DNA from: Torpedo marmorata
Lineage: Eukaryota
Length of the DNA: 64,000 bases
Direction: 5' to 3'
Assembly (NCBI GenBank): GCA_977017645.1
Contig: OZ360242.1
Coordinates: 18,166,001-18,230,000, forward strand
Numbering within the stretch: position 1 is the stretch's first letter; each line of letters starts with the position of its first letter. Positions 48,991 through 62,742 of the stretch are shown here, piece by piece. Made by a program: the position numbers and the translations under genes. A model generated the notes under the pieces. The model did no database searches. It saw nothing but the letters and a program-made list of their open reading frames with translations, and was not told the origin of the DNA.

Positions 48991-51239
48991 AAATGACAAA
49001 AATTTAGCAGCAACAATAAATGTTGTTATAAATGAGTCGCCAAGTTCCCAGATGTGTTGCTGTAGTGTAAATGTGTTGGTCTGTGTTAGAAATCTCCTTG
49101 CAAGACAATTTTATTGATTAATTTACATACTGTAAATTTATCAAGCAGTGGAGCATTAGATTACCATTGAACCTACTTATATATTCTAAATATTCTAAGA
49201 AAGTGTATGTAAAATTTAAAGAAATAAACAGCATCCTCTGCTCTTGTCGAATGTCTACAACCCCACGACCGATTCCATTCAAGTTGTTCCTGCCATAGGG
49301 TTTTGTGCAGACTCTGGTAGAAAGAGTTCACACGTGGTCTAGAGTGAGGATGTTGAATTTGGACCCAAGAAAAGGAATTAAGGAGTTTCTAGATAAAAGC
49401 TGGGAATGGTAGAGAAGCAGAGGGACTTGTTAAGTTCAAGTACAGAAATGACTAAAATCTATGGACTGTTACTAAAAAAGCTAATCAATTGCTAATTTTT
49501 ATCTCAAGGGGGCAAGAGAATAAAGGACTTTATGCTGTACTTGCATGAGGTTTGGTGCACTTTAAGCTTTGGTTTGACCCTTTATGAATTAGTGTATTCA
49601 ATTCTGAGTGCCACACCGTGGGAAGAATGTATGTGTCTAAAAGGGTTTGCAGAGTGTTTTCAGCAGAATAACAAATGGAATAACATTGTTAGCAAAAAAT
49701 ACTGGAAATACGCAGCAGGCTACGCAGCATCTTTGGAAAGAGAAGCAGAGTTAACATTTCATGTCAAAGACCCTTAGGATTTTGCATTCATGTGGATTTA
49801 GAAAATCAGTGGTTGATCCCATAGTATCGTTTAAGGTGAGAATAGAATTTGATAGGGTAGATGGATGAAGTACAAAATTGTTTCTTCTGTTTGGGGAAAT
49901 TCAAAACTGGTGCAAATCTTAAGATTGGGAGTAAAGAGCCAGGGGTTGATAATGGAAAAGAGTCCATCTCAGTGGACCATTCTCCTCACAGTATAGAGGC
50001 TAACTGAATGGAAAAGAAACAATGTTATTCGGGGACATGTGTGAATACACATAATGGAGCTATGGTTCAGATCAGCCATGATCTAACTAAATCCTGACAC
50101 GGGCCTGAAAACAAAATGTACTTGGACATTGAGCATTGGTTACCGATAAATGAGAGACTTTAAACTGCAGCTCTTAGCACATGGCTCTTTTAAGCATTAG
50201 TGGAGTGGAGCAAATCCCAGAGAGCTCAGAATGCACCTCCAGTGAAACATTAGCCTGTAGCGTAACTCTGAAAGTTTTTGCAGCTGCCACCTGTGGTCCC
50301 ATGTGTATCATCTATACACTGTCTGCAGCAGCTGAGTACTGCTATATTGTTTTTGACTTCTGTTCAAAATTGTTTTTTATTTCATTTTTTAGTGTGTTGT
50401 GTTTAAATGGGATGTCAATGGGCAGTGGTCCAGGTTATTTTTAGCCATTGCTTTAAACTAAACAAAAGAGATTTTCTCCTTCTATTAATGAAGATGCAGG
50501 CATAAAGCAGTTTTTATCTTCTGTGAACCAGTGTTTAACAAAACACAGCACCAACGTGTGCACGAAAAGAGTTTGTTTTTTTGGAATGGCAGGCAGGTGT
50601 TGGGATGGGGTTTAGCCTTTGTGGGAACGCCCCTTCCACTGTCTAACTATAAAGCAACTGTCAAGTGTTCCTGCACTCTATTCATCAAACAAAATATATT
50701 CCTCCCACTTTGGTTTCTGCCTCCCTCTCGCCCTTCCCCATCCCCCATTCTGCAAGTGATGGTCTGACCTGCACCTACTGAGTGGGTGGAGTGGGGAGAT
50801 TTGGGGGGGTGGGGTGGGGTTGGTGGTTTGGGGAGGAAAGGCTGGTGGAGGTTGGTTAGTGGAGAATCTATAGTTCTTTGCTCAGTTCTCCCCTTCCCCT
50901 TCAACAAGCAAACTCAATGGTCAGTTTAATACCAGAAGGGAGGTTGTGGTTGCATTGAATTTACTAACTGCACTGGATAATTTTAGCTAAACTAACAGAC
51001 AAAAGGTTTAAATTGCTGGGATGAAACAGCTGGTGGAAATAGCAGAGGACAAAGATTTGGGAGGGTCAAGGGGAGTGGCAATGAAAATAAGCACTAAATG
51101 CCCAGGTGAATGGCCCTTTCCTTGCACTATCACTATTCTGTTGCTCTGCCTTTCTTTTCCTCTGCATTTGATTTTTTTTTCTCTGTTTGCCCCTTTAATC
51201 AGAAAATTAAGTTCAAGTACTACTTATCGGTATGAGTAT

Positions 51240-51610
51240 AAAAATCCAGTCCGATACTCCAGTACAGAATGGCATGAGTGCTGCACTTGCAGATGCTGCG
51301 CTATGAAGGTGACATTGCACCAATATTCCTTTGTTCTCTTGCTGGAATTAAAAAATAAATACTACAATGCTGCTTCAAAGAAGAGCAAAAGAGATCTCTG
51401 GTGTTTTGGGCCATCTTCAATCAATATTATTAACTGGTTAATATCGTGTATCTGTGGGAGCTTGCTGTATACATTACTGCAAACTCATTTTCTACATCAC
51501 AGTGATGGCTGCAGCTCGCAAGGTTCTCAACTGATTCTGAAGAGCTTTATGGTGTCCAGGATGAAGCATGTAATGTGCTGCCTAAATGCGCATCGTCCTT
51601 CTTTCCTCCT
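51240..51610 (+). mobile_element. Ancient DeuSINE-like relic in LFNG intron 1
   Basis: CTGTGGGAGCTTGCTGT..TTTCTACATCACAGTGA..AAGAGCTTT..TAAATGC pattern (recalled similarity). Confidence 0.5.
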
Positions 51611-52134
51611 GTATTAGTAGTACAACATGTAGTAAGAGGTTTTTGGGGATCCAGGAGTTCTGTAGTAACTCTGGTGGCCTTTAAGTGTGACCCTAGGCAA
51701 AGCTCTTCTGTTGTGGCAGGAAGGGGAGAGTGCTGTGAGAATGGATTGCTTGGTAAACTTTCTATCAGGATTCACTGGATAGCAAACAGGAGTAGGTCCC
51801 CTCATTTTCAATGTTTTATTATCTAAATTATTCCTACAATGCAAGGCTTGAATAACTTTTGTATAGTACCTTTCTTGCGGAAAATGTCTCAAATTTTTCA
51901 TGAGGTCATAAGGAGCCACAAATTAGCACTGAGCTGAAGGAGATGATAACAAAAGAGGTACATTTTAAGAAAAAAAGATCAAGATGGCGTTTCTGCAAAG
52001 GAAATGCAGAGCTTAAAGCCTTAATGCTTTGTGAGAAAGGTTAGCAACTGAGGAGTGATAAATAGAGGGGTGCACATTTTAAAGGAATAGTTTTTATTCA
52101 TCATTTATACTTAGAGAGGGGATATGGATCAAAG

Positions 52135-52381
52135 TTTAGACATACAGCATGGTAACAGGCCCTTTCGGCCCATGAGCCCGTGCTGCCCAATTACACCCGA
52201 TTGACCTACAAATCCTGGTACGTTTTGGAGGGTGGGAGGAAACCGGAGACCCCATGGAAAACCCACGCAGACACGGGGAGAACATACAAACTCCTTACAC
52301 ACAGCGCGGGATTCGAACCCCAGTCCCAATTGCTGGCGCTGTAACAGCGTTGCGCTACCCACTACGCCAACCGTGCCGCCC
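52135..52381 (-). mobile_element. V-SINE/HE1-like SINE
   Basis: Full-length copy with A and B boxes, V-domain and tail. Confidence 0.87.
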
Positions 52382-53885
52382 AAAGGGGGACAAATATCTC
52401 AAAAGAGAAATATAGCAAAGTTTTGGAACTTCTGGTCTAAGTTGTTAGTGTTTGATCGAAGAAAGTATGGGATGCACAAAACCAAGTTGGAGGAAAGTAT
52501 TCTTTGCAAATACTGGCATGTGTGCACAGCTCATCACTTGCAGCCTCACAACTGTGTTGTTGCGGGGTTGGGAGGGATGAACTGCACACACATCACCGGT
52601 CAGTATCTGCAACAGTTGAGTTTATTTAAAAGTCATTTTTCCTCCTTCAAACGAACTTGCAGTTCTACTGTTTTTATTACTCTGACCTCGTGCCAGCTCT
52701 ATTTTCAAGATTTGCATCTGCAGCCCAACAGTCTTTCTGTTGTTGGTTGCATTCTTGTTCTGGTGTGCTCATCAATGTCTGGCAGCTGGACCACTGTGTT
52801 CAGTTTACACTATAAACACTGATCTGATGTCTCGGGAGCCAGAAAGCACCTTGGGCCAGATCAAGCTGGTTCTAGCTCTGTTCCAACTGGTTAATCACAA
52901 CAGATTCTTTTGCTCAGGCTAAAGCACCGCAAAAGAAAGACAAACTATTTTCTCTGTTTACCTTGAGGACTGTGGAATGCGCGAAGCGTGTGGAATATTA
53001 ACTGACTGCCGCTTTGAGTGAGAGTGGCAGCATCGGGAGCCTCCCTTCTGGAGCTATCAATTCACCTGTCAGGGATGGGGAAGAGAGGCGAGGCATTCTG
53101 CTCCAGGCTCGGCGTGTGCTGCAGTGGGCTGGGATCGTCTCAGCTTTCAACAGGCACGCTCTCCACCCCCGGGGCACATTGAAGTGTTAGCAAGTTGGGA
53201 ACAGCAAGTGAAAGCAGCTACTGGTGCACAATAATGTTTTGTCTTTTTTTTAAAAACACTTCAAATTCTTAGGGACTTGGAAACCTGTTTTTTTTTGTAT
53301 AAAAATAAATGATCTGGCTGTCAAAATGGCCATACAGGAGGTATGAACTGGTTCCGGTCATGCACTCAAACATTCATATTTAAGCTGTTTGTTTCGACTC
53401 TGGTTTTTCAGTCTGGGCTGGGATGATCATTTGTTGTTGTGCTGATCGTCTTCCGATTTTTCTCTGGTGCATTATTTAGGAGAGTTAAAAACGCACTGCT
53501 AGAGGAATTCAGTGAGTCAAGCAGCACCAGTGGGAGACAAAGAATGGTCTCCTTTTCAGGTCGGAACCTTTCATTAAGATTGGTTTCGACCCGAAATGTC
53601 TGTCATTCTTTTGCTCCCACTGATGTCGCTCGACCCTCTGCGCTCCCCTAGCAGAGCGCAGATGCTGGAATCTGCATCAAAAGACAGTGTCTTGTGTGTG
53701 TCCACTTAGAATTATTTGACCAATCTTTGGTGGCAGTGCTGTCTTAAAAAAAAACAAGGCACAACTTTCCACTACTGTCTTTGTCCAGGCACAATATTAG
53801 CTGATCTCTGAAATCGGATGTTATGGGTTGCAGAGAAGTTGATGGGCCAGTCAAATAGATCTAAACACATGCCACAGTTTGGCTC

Positions 53886-54613
53886 AAAGGTTCCTTCTAT
53901 TGTCCTGTAATATACTGTACATGATATACTGCAACTTTTATCTGCTGTAAGGCAAACAGAGTCGTCATGAGCATTGCCTGGTGCCCTTAACAATTGAAGC
54001 AAAAGAGAGTCCATTCAGAAACACTGAAGGTCTGTGGATTTCCCTCCAGTGCTCCCGCAGACACACAGACTCCAGTTGAAACCATCGGCAACCCGAGCTC
54101 CAGATCCAAACTTCCAATATGAGCGGGAAGCCTTCAGCGCCCGAGGCTCTTCGGGAGCCCCTCCTGCCCTCAAGCACCCTCTCAAATCCCAGTTCCAGTA
54201 CCTGGTTCCCAAGAGCCAGTTGCCAACAGCCCACAGCCTGTGTGGGTCCTTCAGCTGCTGAGCCCTCACTGGTCCATTGCTGTGATCACCATCCTCTTGG
54301 GAGCTAGGGAGATCTCCTACGCTTCTCCTTCTCAATTGGGGGGGGGGGAGAGGAGGAGTGTTCTCCCTGTTACCCCGGAGCCTGCAACCCCTCGTGGTAT
54401 GCTGTCCAGCGCAGGCGCCGCCATCTTGGGGACACAGTTGCAGGATTATTAAAAAAAGGTCGGCTCCTTTAACAAGCTGTTTAAAGCCTGAACAGAGATG
54501 TTAGCATTAAGCCTCGGCAGTAGGACCCTGTGTCTCCGCTCCCTGCTCTGCTGGGTCCACACCAGCAGCAGTCCCGCCGTAATAGCAATTCCGGCAGCAC
54601 TGCCATTTCTCCC
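53886..54613 (-). mobile_element. GC-rich non-coding retroposon, diverged copy C
   Basis: Shares GAAGCAAAAGAGAGTCC, GGCAACCCGAGCTCCAGATCC and GCCATCTTGGG blocks with copies A and B. Confidence 0.72.
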
Positions 54614-55811
54614 AACTAGCTGTTGGAATTGTGGGTTTTCTTCAGCCTGCTAAGCCTGACCTTTAATCCTGTCCCATCGAACAGATATCAGTAGTAAATC
54701 ACGAGAATCTGTAGACACCGTGGTTGAAGTAAAAAAACACAAATGCTGGAGAAACTCAGCAGGTATCAGTGCTTGATTTACTGAATGGAGCACCACCAAT
54801 GGGTCAGATGTACAAATTAGATGGTTTGAAAAATGGAAATGTAGCCCAGTGAATAATAAGATGTTGAATTTCTTTCAAATGTTAATGCATTCTTTCTGAC
54901 CAATGTTGTAGTGGCAATTTAAAATAATATTTCAAATAAAAGATCTATTGTAATTATTATTTTAGCATTACCCTGCTTCCCATATTCCTTTCCCGGCCTT
55001 GTGTTACTGAGCTTATCCACAGAAAATGGCTTCCTGCCTTTTTCTCAGATTTGGCTGACTTCATTGTTCAGAGTTCCCCCAGCCTGCCTTCCTGTGTTAG
55101 TCAGAATGAATGCTGAGAGAAAACAAAGGCAATTCCCAATTGAAAGAAAAGAATAGAGTGTGGGGCAACAATGGGGCCAGAAAACAATGAGTGTCGAGAG
55201 CGGATTTGTGTGAGATAAGAAGCCCATTCTTTTGAAGGAGCTGGGTTGGTGGAGGTGTACTGGTCCTGACGAAAAAAACTGCCTGCTGAATTAAAGAAAG
55301 CAATTTTGAAGTGAACGTATTTGTTACACCACTGCCCTAAATGGTGTGTAACTGCACATCATAGTTGTTCCATTGAAATTAAACAGTTACAAAACACCCC
55401 TCTTTGAGCTGTAGTATACATTTTATTATTTTAATTTAATTGCTGGCATTGTTACATAATATCAAGGTGCTACAATTCTGTCCTGCTTGTGTGAATGATC
55501 AAGGCCTTCTGAACATGAGAAGTGTATTTAATTCTAAACCCTGTACTAATCTAAATGATCTAATTCTAGGCAATTATCAAGAGTGTTAACCATACTACTT
55601 TTGGGCTAGGTTCTTCGCCAGGTGTCAGGCTAGAGTGCATGGCATTGAAGCTAAACTTGTGAAGGCAAGGTGGGGTGGGGATAGCATTTCAGTGGAAAAA
55701 CCGATTGAGTTGTCAGTCTATTACTAGCTGCATGTTTTTTGGCTTGGTGACAGGAGAATCCCTGTGAAATCTGGGCAGAACGACAGGTAGGAGTGTGCAA
55801 AGTGATGACTA

Positions 55812-56667
55812 GGGAAAATGGCGGCACTGCCGGAGCCGCTGTAACGGCAGCGCTGCCACTGGTGCGGACCCGCAGGGAGCGAAGGAGCGGAGATGCAGCG
55901 CTCCCGCAGGGTCTAGCCACCCAGTCGACTGCCGTCGGCTCCGCACGGGCTTTGAATGGCCTGTTGAGGGAGCCGACGGTGGTTTTATTTGAGATCCCGC
56001 GACCGTGGGGTCTGCGCCCAAGATGGCAGCGCCTATTAATTGGCAGCAGCCACGAGGGGCTGCAGACTCCGGGGAAGCGGAGGACTGGAGCAGGGCACCA
56101 GAGTACGGAAAGATCACTCCCCCGTCTGAGAAGGAGAAGCGGAGGAGACGACCCACGGGACGGTGACCACGGCGCCGGACCGGTGAGGGGCTCTGAAGCT
56201 GAAGGACCAGTGCATGCGGCAAGCTGCTGGCGACCCGAGGCGAGGAACCTGCGGAGGCTGTGGGCTGCTGGAGACTGCTGTCGGGAGACTCGCGCCGGGC
56301 TGCTGACTGCTGGAGACTGGCTCGAATTGGCTGGAGGAGTATCAGGTATCGGAACCGGGATGCGAGGGGGTGCTGAGGGCGCCGAAGAGTTCCTGACCGT
56401 GTCAGAGGTTCGGATCTGGAGCTCGGGTTGCTGATCGTTTGGACTGGACTCTGTGAGGCTGCGGAAGCGCTGGAGGCGAATCTATGTACACTCGGTGACT
56501 CTGGGGGGGACTCTCTTTTGCTTCTCTTTCTCTGACTGTAAGGAACGTTAGAGGCGCTTCGGCAATTTCTGCCGGTGGCGAATCTGTCTGCCTTGCAGCA
56601 GGCAAAAATAAATTTCATGTAATATGACACTGTTTTATTACTATGACAATAGATTGAATCTTGAATC
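55812..56667 (+). mobile_element. GC-rich non-coding retroposon, copy B
   Basis: Starts GGGAAAATGGCGGC, ends ATGACAATAGATTGAATCTTGAATC. Colinear with 24105-24945. Confidence 0.8.
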
Positions 56668-57499
56668 AGATCCAGGCTCCAAGGGGCTGACTGTACCTTT
56701 CATGCTGAGTGTCATTTCAAGGCAGAGACAGTAGGGCAGACTGCGGGTTTCCGCAGTTGGGGTGCAGAAATGGCCAGTGGAACTGGCTGCATTAATTCCA
56801 TCCATAGTCTTGGGCTGGGAGACCAGTTCTGTCTGTCCCCAAGGATGAAGGCCTATAAAACAACTGTCTGGATATCATATTTAAAATGATATCACTTGCT
56901 TGTGCACAAGGATTAATTCTTTGTTCCTGATGGCTCAACCGCTCTGAGTTTACGGCAATCATCTCACCTGTTTAAGTCTACTGTCCATCATATGGCTCTG
57001 AGTAACAAAGAATAAATCCTGAGACAATTCAACCAAACTAATGAGGAACTAAATCAATTCTATTTTCCAACTTGATATTCTCTCCTTTCCCAACTCCTGC
57101 TTTCCTCTGTGCTCAACTACACTGAGATGTGTCACTTGAAAACTTCGTCCTTCAATAGTTGGCCCAATTTTGACATTCTTCACATGGCTTCACGCTGGCT
57201 ATCCTGATGCAGAGAGCATCTCTATCATATCAGTTCTTTTTGCAATTTACAGTAGGAGTTGGTTAGTATTTAGGAAGTGACTGATTTCTCTCCCTGCTTA
57301 TCCCTTCCTTCCCTCGGATGCATTGATGCCTTGTCATCTGAGCAGATCAGTTCACACAGACTGATTAAACTGGATTCCTTGCACTATGACATTGTACATG
57401 CACAGATGCACCAAAATTCATTCTTGTTGCAGTAACACTGATGCACACTGCACAAAGCCTTTGAAAGCGTAGACTTTTTAACAAAATCAGCACATGGCT

Positions 57500-58260
57500 C
57501 AGTTGGCATCTGTGAGAAGGATAGTAATGGACACCATAGAGATAGGCTCGTGGCATGGGAAGATAGGTGGCAGATGAAGTTTAATGCTGAGAAATGTGCA
57601 GTTCAGCATTTCGGTGAGAAGCACATAACTGGAGGGCACATTTGTAAAATGGGGACAAGAACAGATCAAGGAATATCTGTGCAAAGATTATAGAAAGTGC
57701 AAGAGTAAGTTGAGCACGGTTTTTAAAAAAAAATTGTGTATCCTGGGTGATATAAACAAAAACAAAATACAAGAACAAGGAGGTCATGATTAACCTTTAC
57801 GGAATACTGGTTCAGTCACAACTGGAATTCAGGGAGCCACTTTTCAGGAAAATATGAAGTGTTTAGTAACGGGCAGAAGAGATTTGCTGAAACAATCTCC
57901 AGAGATGAGGGACATTTATGTGAATACACCAGAGAAACTTGGGGTTATATTCCTTGGAACGGAGATGGTTGTGAATGGGTCTGATAGAGGTATTCAAAAT
58001 CACAAAAGATATAGGAAGAGTAGATTGGTAGAGACTTGATGTTGGTGGAGGAGTCTAGAATCAAGAGAAGTTGATGAAAGAACCAAAAGTGGTATGAGAA
58101 AAAATATATTTGCCGTCTGGAATGCACTGCTTGGGATAGAGGCATTTGTAATGGTGTTCAAGATGTACCTGGATAGTATCTGAAAGGGAGGAATGTGCAG
58201 GGCTATGGGGAGAGAATAAAGGAGTAGGAGTGACTGGTTACACTTAGACTCGATGGACCA
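57500..58260 (+). mobile_element. Degenerate CR1 LINE fragment
   Basis: DRWQMKFNAEKC.V.HFG codons followed by decayed ORF2 and 3' end. Confidence 0.7.
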
Positions 58261-58350
58261 AAAAACCTAATGCATGATTTTTTGCATCCTGCTAGTTTTG
58301 AATGGTAATATTCCGATAAATCTTGTAGGTATCTGGGAATGCTCATCAAG

Positions 58351-58600
58351 GGGCGGCATGGTTAGCGTACTGGTTAGCGCAACTCTGTTACAGCGTCAGC
58401 GATTGGGACCGGGGTTCGAATCCCGCGCTGTCTGTAAGGAGTTTGTACGTTCTCCCCGTGTCTGCGTGGGTTTTCCCCGGGGGCTCCGGTTTCCTCCCAC
58501 CGTTCAAAACGTACGGGGGGTTGTAGGTTAATTCGGTGTAATTGAGCGGCACGGGCTCGTGGGCCGAAATGGCCTGTAACCGTGCTGTATGTCTAAATTT
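58351..58600 (+). mobile_element. V-SINE/HE1-like SINE, full length
   Basis: A box TGGTTAGCGTACTGG, B box GGTTCGAATCC, V-domain, tail GGGCCGAAATGGCCTGTAACCGTGCTGTATGTCTAAA. Confidence 0.9.
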
Positions 58601-60493
58601 TAAAAATTAAAAAATTTATTGTGGTTGATGCTAGTCTCTGATATTCTCAATCCTACAGCTTGTATATACAGTCGTCAGCTGCACCCTCAGAGGATGTGTA
58701 CTGGTTCAGTGATAATGCCCTTCATGTCTGGACTTGGTCAGTTGTCAAGATGCTTTCTAATCACAAGTTGCCAAATTCTCTGGAGTAAAGTGAACAGTTA
58801 GAGAAAACTGTGGGGGGGGGGGGGGAGAAAAAAAATGGTAAATGTTAGTCAGTGGCAAAAGGAATCCAATATCTTCATCCTCACCCAGAGAAGTAAGTTA
58901 ATGTATGCCACAGAGTATGGTAGAGCTAATGTCAGGGCTGCCAGAGGAATGGTGGGGGTGATGGAGTTTATACCTGGGAGTAGCAAAGAAAGATTTGATT
59001 GGCAGGATCGTAGAATCATTGGAATACAGGAACAGGCTATTTGGCTCAGTAGATCTATGCTGGGTCCCAGGATTTATCCTGTTGATCTGATTTCATCCAT
59101 TCCTTCCCAGTAATCCTGCAAATTATTTTCCCTCGAGTGTAATCCGATTCTGCTTGACCAGGTCAATTGCACAATGCAATTTTTTTTAAAAATTATCTCC
59201 AGCTTCGGAATATTCGTACATGAAAAACAAACCTCTTAGATTTTCTTCTGCAATTTGATGTCTGGCGTGACGGGTTAAACAGGCAAGCCATCATTTTGGA
59301 TAAAATCAGCCACAAATGTTTTGGTAATTTTGTTCACCTCTGGAATGAGAACAGAGCATAAACAGCTAAATGTGCAGGCTTTTAAATGGTTGGCCTTCAA
59401 ATTCCATCAGCTCCACCATAAGGGGGGCAGTTGAGTGACATGGTAATTCTTGCACTGTTATTGACAAAACTTAATGCAGCCAGCAGGTGGTCAGGATCCT
59501 CTTTAAAGACTGATCTTGCCCTACCCCCCACTACCGCCCACCCCCCCCCCTCCACCCCCAATGCTTTGTTTAAATTGCTCAGCTGTATGTTAATTGCTTA
59601 AAGCATGGTTTTTAAAGTTTCTTTACTTGGCGACTTAATTCAAGCACAGAATCTATTGTGAGGAGCGCGTAATGCGGGTGGGTAGCAGCGTGCCGTGAAT
59701 ACACAGGGACTTGTGTGATAGAGCAGAAATATGCTTTTTGTCTTTTTCCTTTGGCAGTTCCTTCCTGTCTCTCTTATTGTTCTAGGTGCTGTTCTTGACA
59801 GCTGTTTCTCCAACACAGATTCTCCGCCCTCCCTGTAAACATTATTCTGTATTGGGGAGCTGAATCCTGCACTGCCCTACCCTCTTGCCCTGCCTTCTAT
59901 GCTCTGTTTTCCAGCGTTTTTCCTTCACCACCAACCCCCCCCCCCCCACCCACTGCCCCCCGCCACTTTCAAAACATCCAAACACTTGGGCTGAGCTATT
60001 ACCTGAAATTAGCTGTCCAAATTAGATCCTGGCCAGCTGAATTTGAATGCAAAGTGGGCCCAGCTTCAAAATGTTCCGTAACCTGCATTCAGGCTTTCAG
60101 TGGTTCTGAAAGGCCAAGTCACTGTGTAAATATGCCTGGTGTTAGCTCTGTAAACACCCCCGGCCTGCCGGTGAGCAGATGAGTGCATGGCGGCCCGTGC
60201 CAGTGCCTCTGGGGTTGGTCTCCAGGTGCTGCTACAAACACAGCCAATGTAAATAGTCTCAAAGTATTTGGAGGTTGGAGAAGCCAAAATAACATCAAAG
60301 TAATTGCAGGGTTCCAGTCGCCATCACCTTATTTTGAAGTAGCTCAGCCTTTTATGTCTGGAATAAACAGAAATGATTGAGCATTGTTTTTTTTAATATG
60401 TGTATGCATGTATGTGTATGTTCAAAAGTTCAAATTTATTGTCAGAGTGCGTACGTGACATCACATACAACCCTGTTTGTCTTAATTTTTTAA

Positions 60494-60742
60494 AAATTTA
60501 GACATACAGCATGGTAACAGGCTATTTCGGCCCACGAGCCCGTGCCGCCCAATTACGCCCGATTGACCTACACCCCGGTACATTTTTGAAGGGTGGGAGG
60601 AAACCGGAGCACCCGGAGGAAACCCACACAGACACCAGGAGAACGTACAAACTCCTTACAGACAGCGCGGGATTTGAACCCCGGTCCCGATCGCTGGCGC
60701 TGTAACAGCGTTGCGCTAACTGCTACGCTAACCGTGCCACCC
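60494..60742 (-). mobile_element. V-SINE/HE1-like SINE
   Basis: Colinear with the other copies. Confidence 0.87.
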
Positions 60743-61498
60743 CTGTGTGTCTGTGTGTCCTCCAACAGCGGGTTTGACTGCAACCTGTTGCTTGGCGGTT
60801 AACGTGCTTGCACTTTTAAACACTGACTGCAGGGTTATTTCTTGCTGAATGGTGGCACTTCTTGATGACAGGCTATGCTACAATGGCCCCAATGTTGAAG
60901 GAGCCCAAGGTTCACCCATCATCTGTCTCACTTCAGCTCTGAGATTGGGATGCTGTGGAGATCAGAACTGGTTGCTATGGAAAGGCTGTGGCAAAACACA
61001 GAAAGCAAGACAACAGATCTTTTTGTAGGGAAGACTCGCTTTTTACTTCCTCCCATCACTCCCACCCTTCACGTTTTCAGCTTGTTTGACTTGTTTAAGC
61101 GGCAGTTTGGAATAAATCTTCCTTTAATCAGAGCCAATGGAGCTCCACTGGTGCAGACATGTGAAAGAAAGCACAAGGGGAGGGTAAATGGGTGTGGGGA
61201 GTGGGGACAGCCAAGGATATTAGGGCAGTGTGTTCCTTTGTTACAGAGGACATGACTCTGAATCACCTAGCACAGTTTCTCAGGCATAAGATACCCACCA
61301 AACAATGGGCATTTTAGCTTTCCATACTGTTGCCAATAAAATACTGTTGCCAATAAAATAATTATTTTTATAGACTGCTTAATTAACAGACAACCTAAAC
61401 TAAATAGGCACTGAATACACATTTCAATGACACGCTGCTAGACACTAGAAATGGCAGGCAAAGCTCTTGAATGTTTATCCTTTTTTTTAAATTTTCAG

Positions 61499-61547
61499 AC
61501 ATATATCTTCACTGATGGAGAAGATGAAGATTTAAAGAAAGAGTCAG
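61499..61547 (+). CDS. LFNG: Lunatic fringe coding exon 2 (49 bp, TYIFTDGEDEDLKKES)
   Basis: Polypyrimidine acceptor TTTTCAG|, donor CAG|GTGAGT, phase 0 to 1. Conserved FTDGED motif. Confidence 0.96.
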
Positions 61548-61999
61548 GTGAGTCATGGGCTCACTTTACGGGGCTACATCAGGTCTGCTGTACCCATGTT
61601 CTTGGTTAGGAACGAGTTCTTCGATCATTAATTAGTCCAGAAATGCTTAAACCCTCATTGTTGTGGAGTGCCATGTGTTAACTCAAATTAATTAGCAAAG
61701 ATGTTATAGATGACTTCTGATTTTAAATCGGTAATGTCTAATTTACTAAGATGACAACAAAAAAAATTGCTGTAAAATTCCCAGGCGCATCACAACTGAA
61801 TAGTAAAATAAAGGGGTTGAAATAGGGGATTTTTTTAAAATGAGTTCACTCTTCAAGTTGAATATAGATTAATGTAGAGGGGTGATGAAATGTCTGTACG
61901 GGGTTATTTCTGAAAAAGAAATGCCTTTGGAAAGGTATTTGATAAGGTTCATCATTGGGATTGAGGGGGGGGGCGTGGGGGGGGGGGAGGTGGGGGGGC

Positions 62000-62742
62000 T
62001 GATCCAGAATGGTAAGACACATGGGATCCAGAGTGACCTGGTAGATTGGATTCAAAAGTGGGGAAAGTCTATAGTAAATGCAGGACCTTTAGGAGCATTG
62101 AAGTACAGGGGGATGGGGTGATAAAGAAGGCATATTGCATGCTTGCCTTCATCAGTAGGGTCGGTGAGTATAAAGTAGGGAACTTTTGTTGCAGCTGTAC
62201 AAAACTTTGGTCACTCTACACGTGGAGTATTGTATGCAGTTCCGGTTGCAAAATGATAAGAACGATGTGGAAGCTTTGGAGAGGGTGCAGAAGAGGATCA
62301 CCAAGATGTTGCCGAGATTGGAGTGTATTGGCTGCAAGGAAACTTGGATTATTTTCTCTGGAGGCTGAGCAGAGACCTGGTATAAGTTTATAAAATTATG
62401 GGAGAAAAAGAGAGGGTGGATAGTCTGTCTCTTTCCCAGGTGGAAATGTCAAATACAAGAGGGCAGAGCTTTAAAGTGAGGGGGAAAGTGTAAAGGAGAT
62501 GTGCCGGGCAGGTGTTCTTAGTGTTGTAATGCCTGGAATGCACAGCCTTGGGGTGGGGCTGATGGTGAAAGCATATACAACAGTGACATTTAAGAGGCAT
62601 GTGTACAGCCGCAGAAACGGAGGGAATGGAGGTATACAGATCATGTGCAAATAGATGGGATCAGTTTAATTTGGCATCATGGTCAGCACAAACATTGTAG
62701 GCTTAAGGGCATGTTCCTGCCCTGTACTCTTCTATGTTCTAC
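62000..62742 (+). mobile_element. Degenerate CR1 LINE fragment in LFNG intron 2
   Basis: LYKTLV..HVEYCMQF...DVEALERVQKRITKMLP and a CR1 tail. Confidence 0.8.

Noticed and set aside
51021-52822. ~200-aa ORFs in LFNG intron 1 as nested genes
   Set aside because: They overlap SINE relics, have non-protein-like composition and show no supporting splice structure.
55793-56630. 213-aa and 273-aa ORFs on both strands of the GC-rich repeat
   Set aside because: No recognisable domain and frames not preserved between copies. Expected from high GC content.
58351-58425. tRNA gene
   Set aside because: The A and B boxes belong to a SINE head repeated at least five times in the window.
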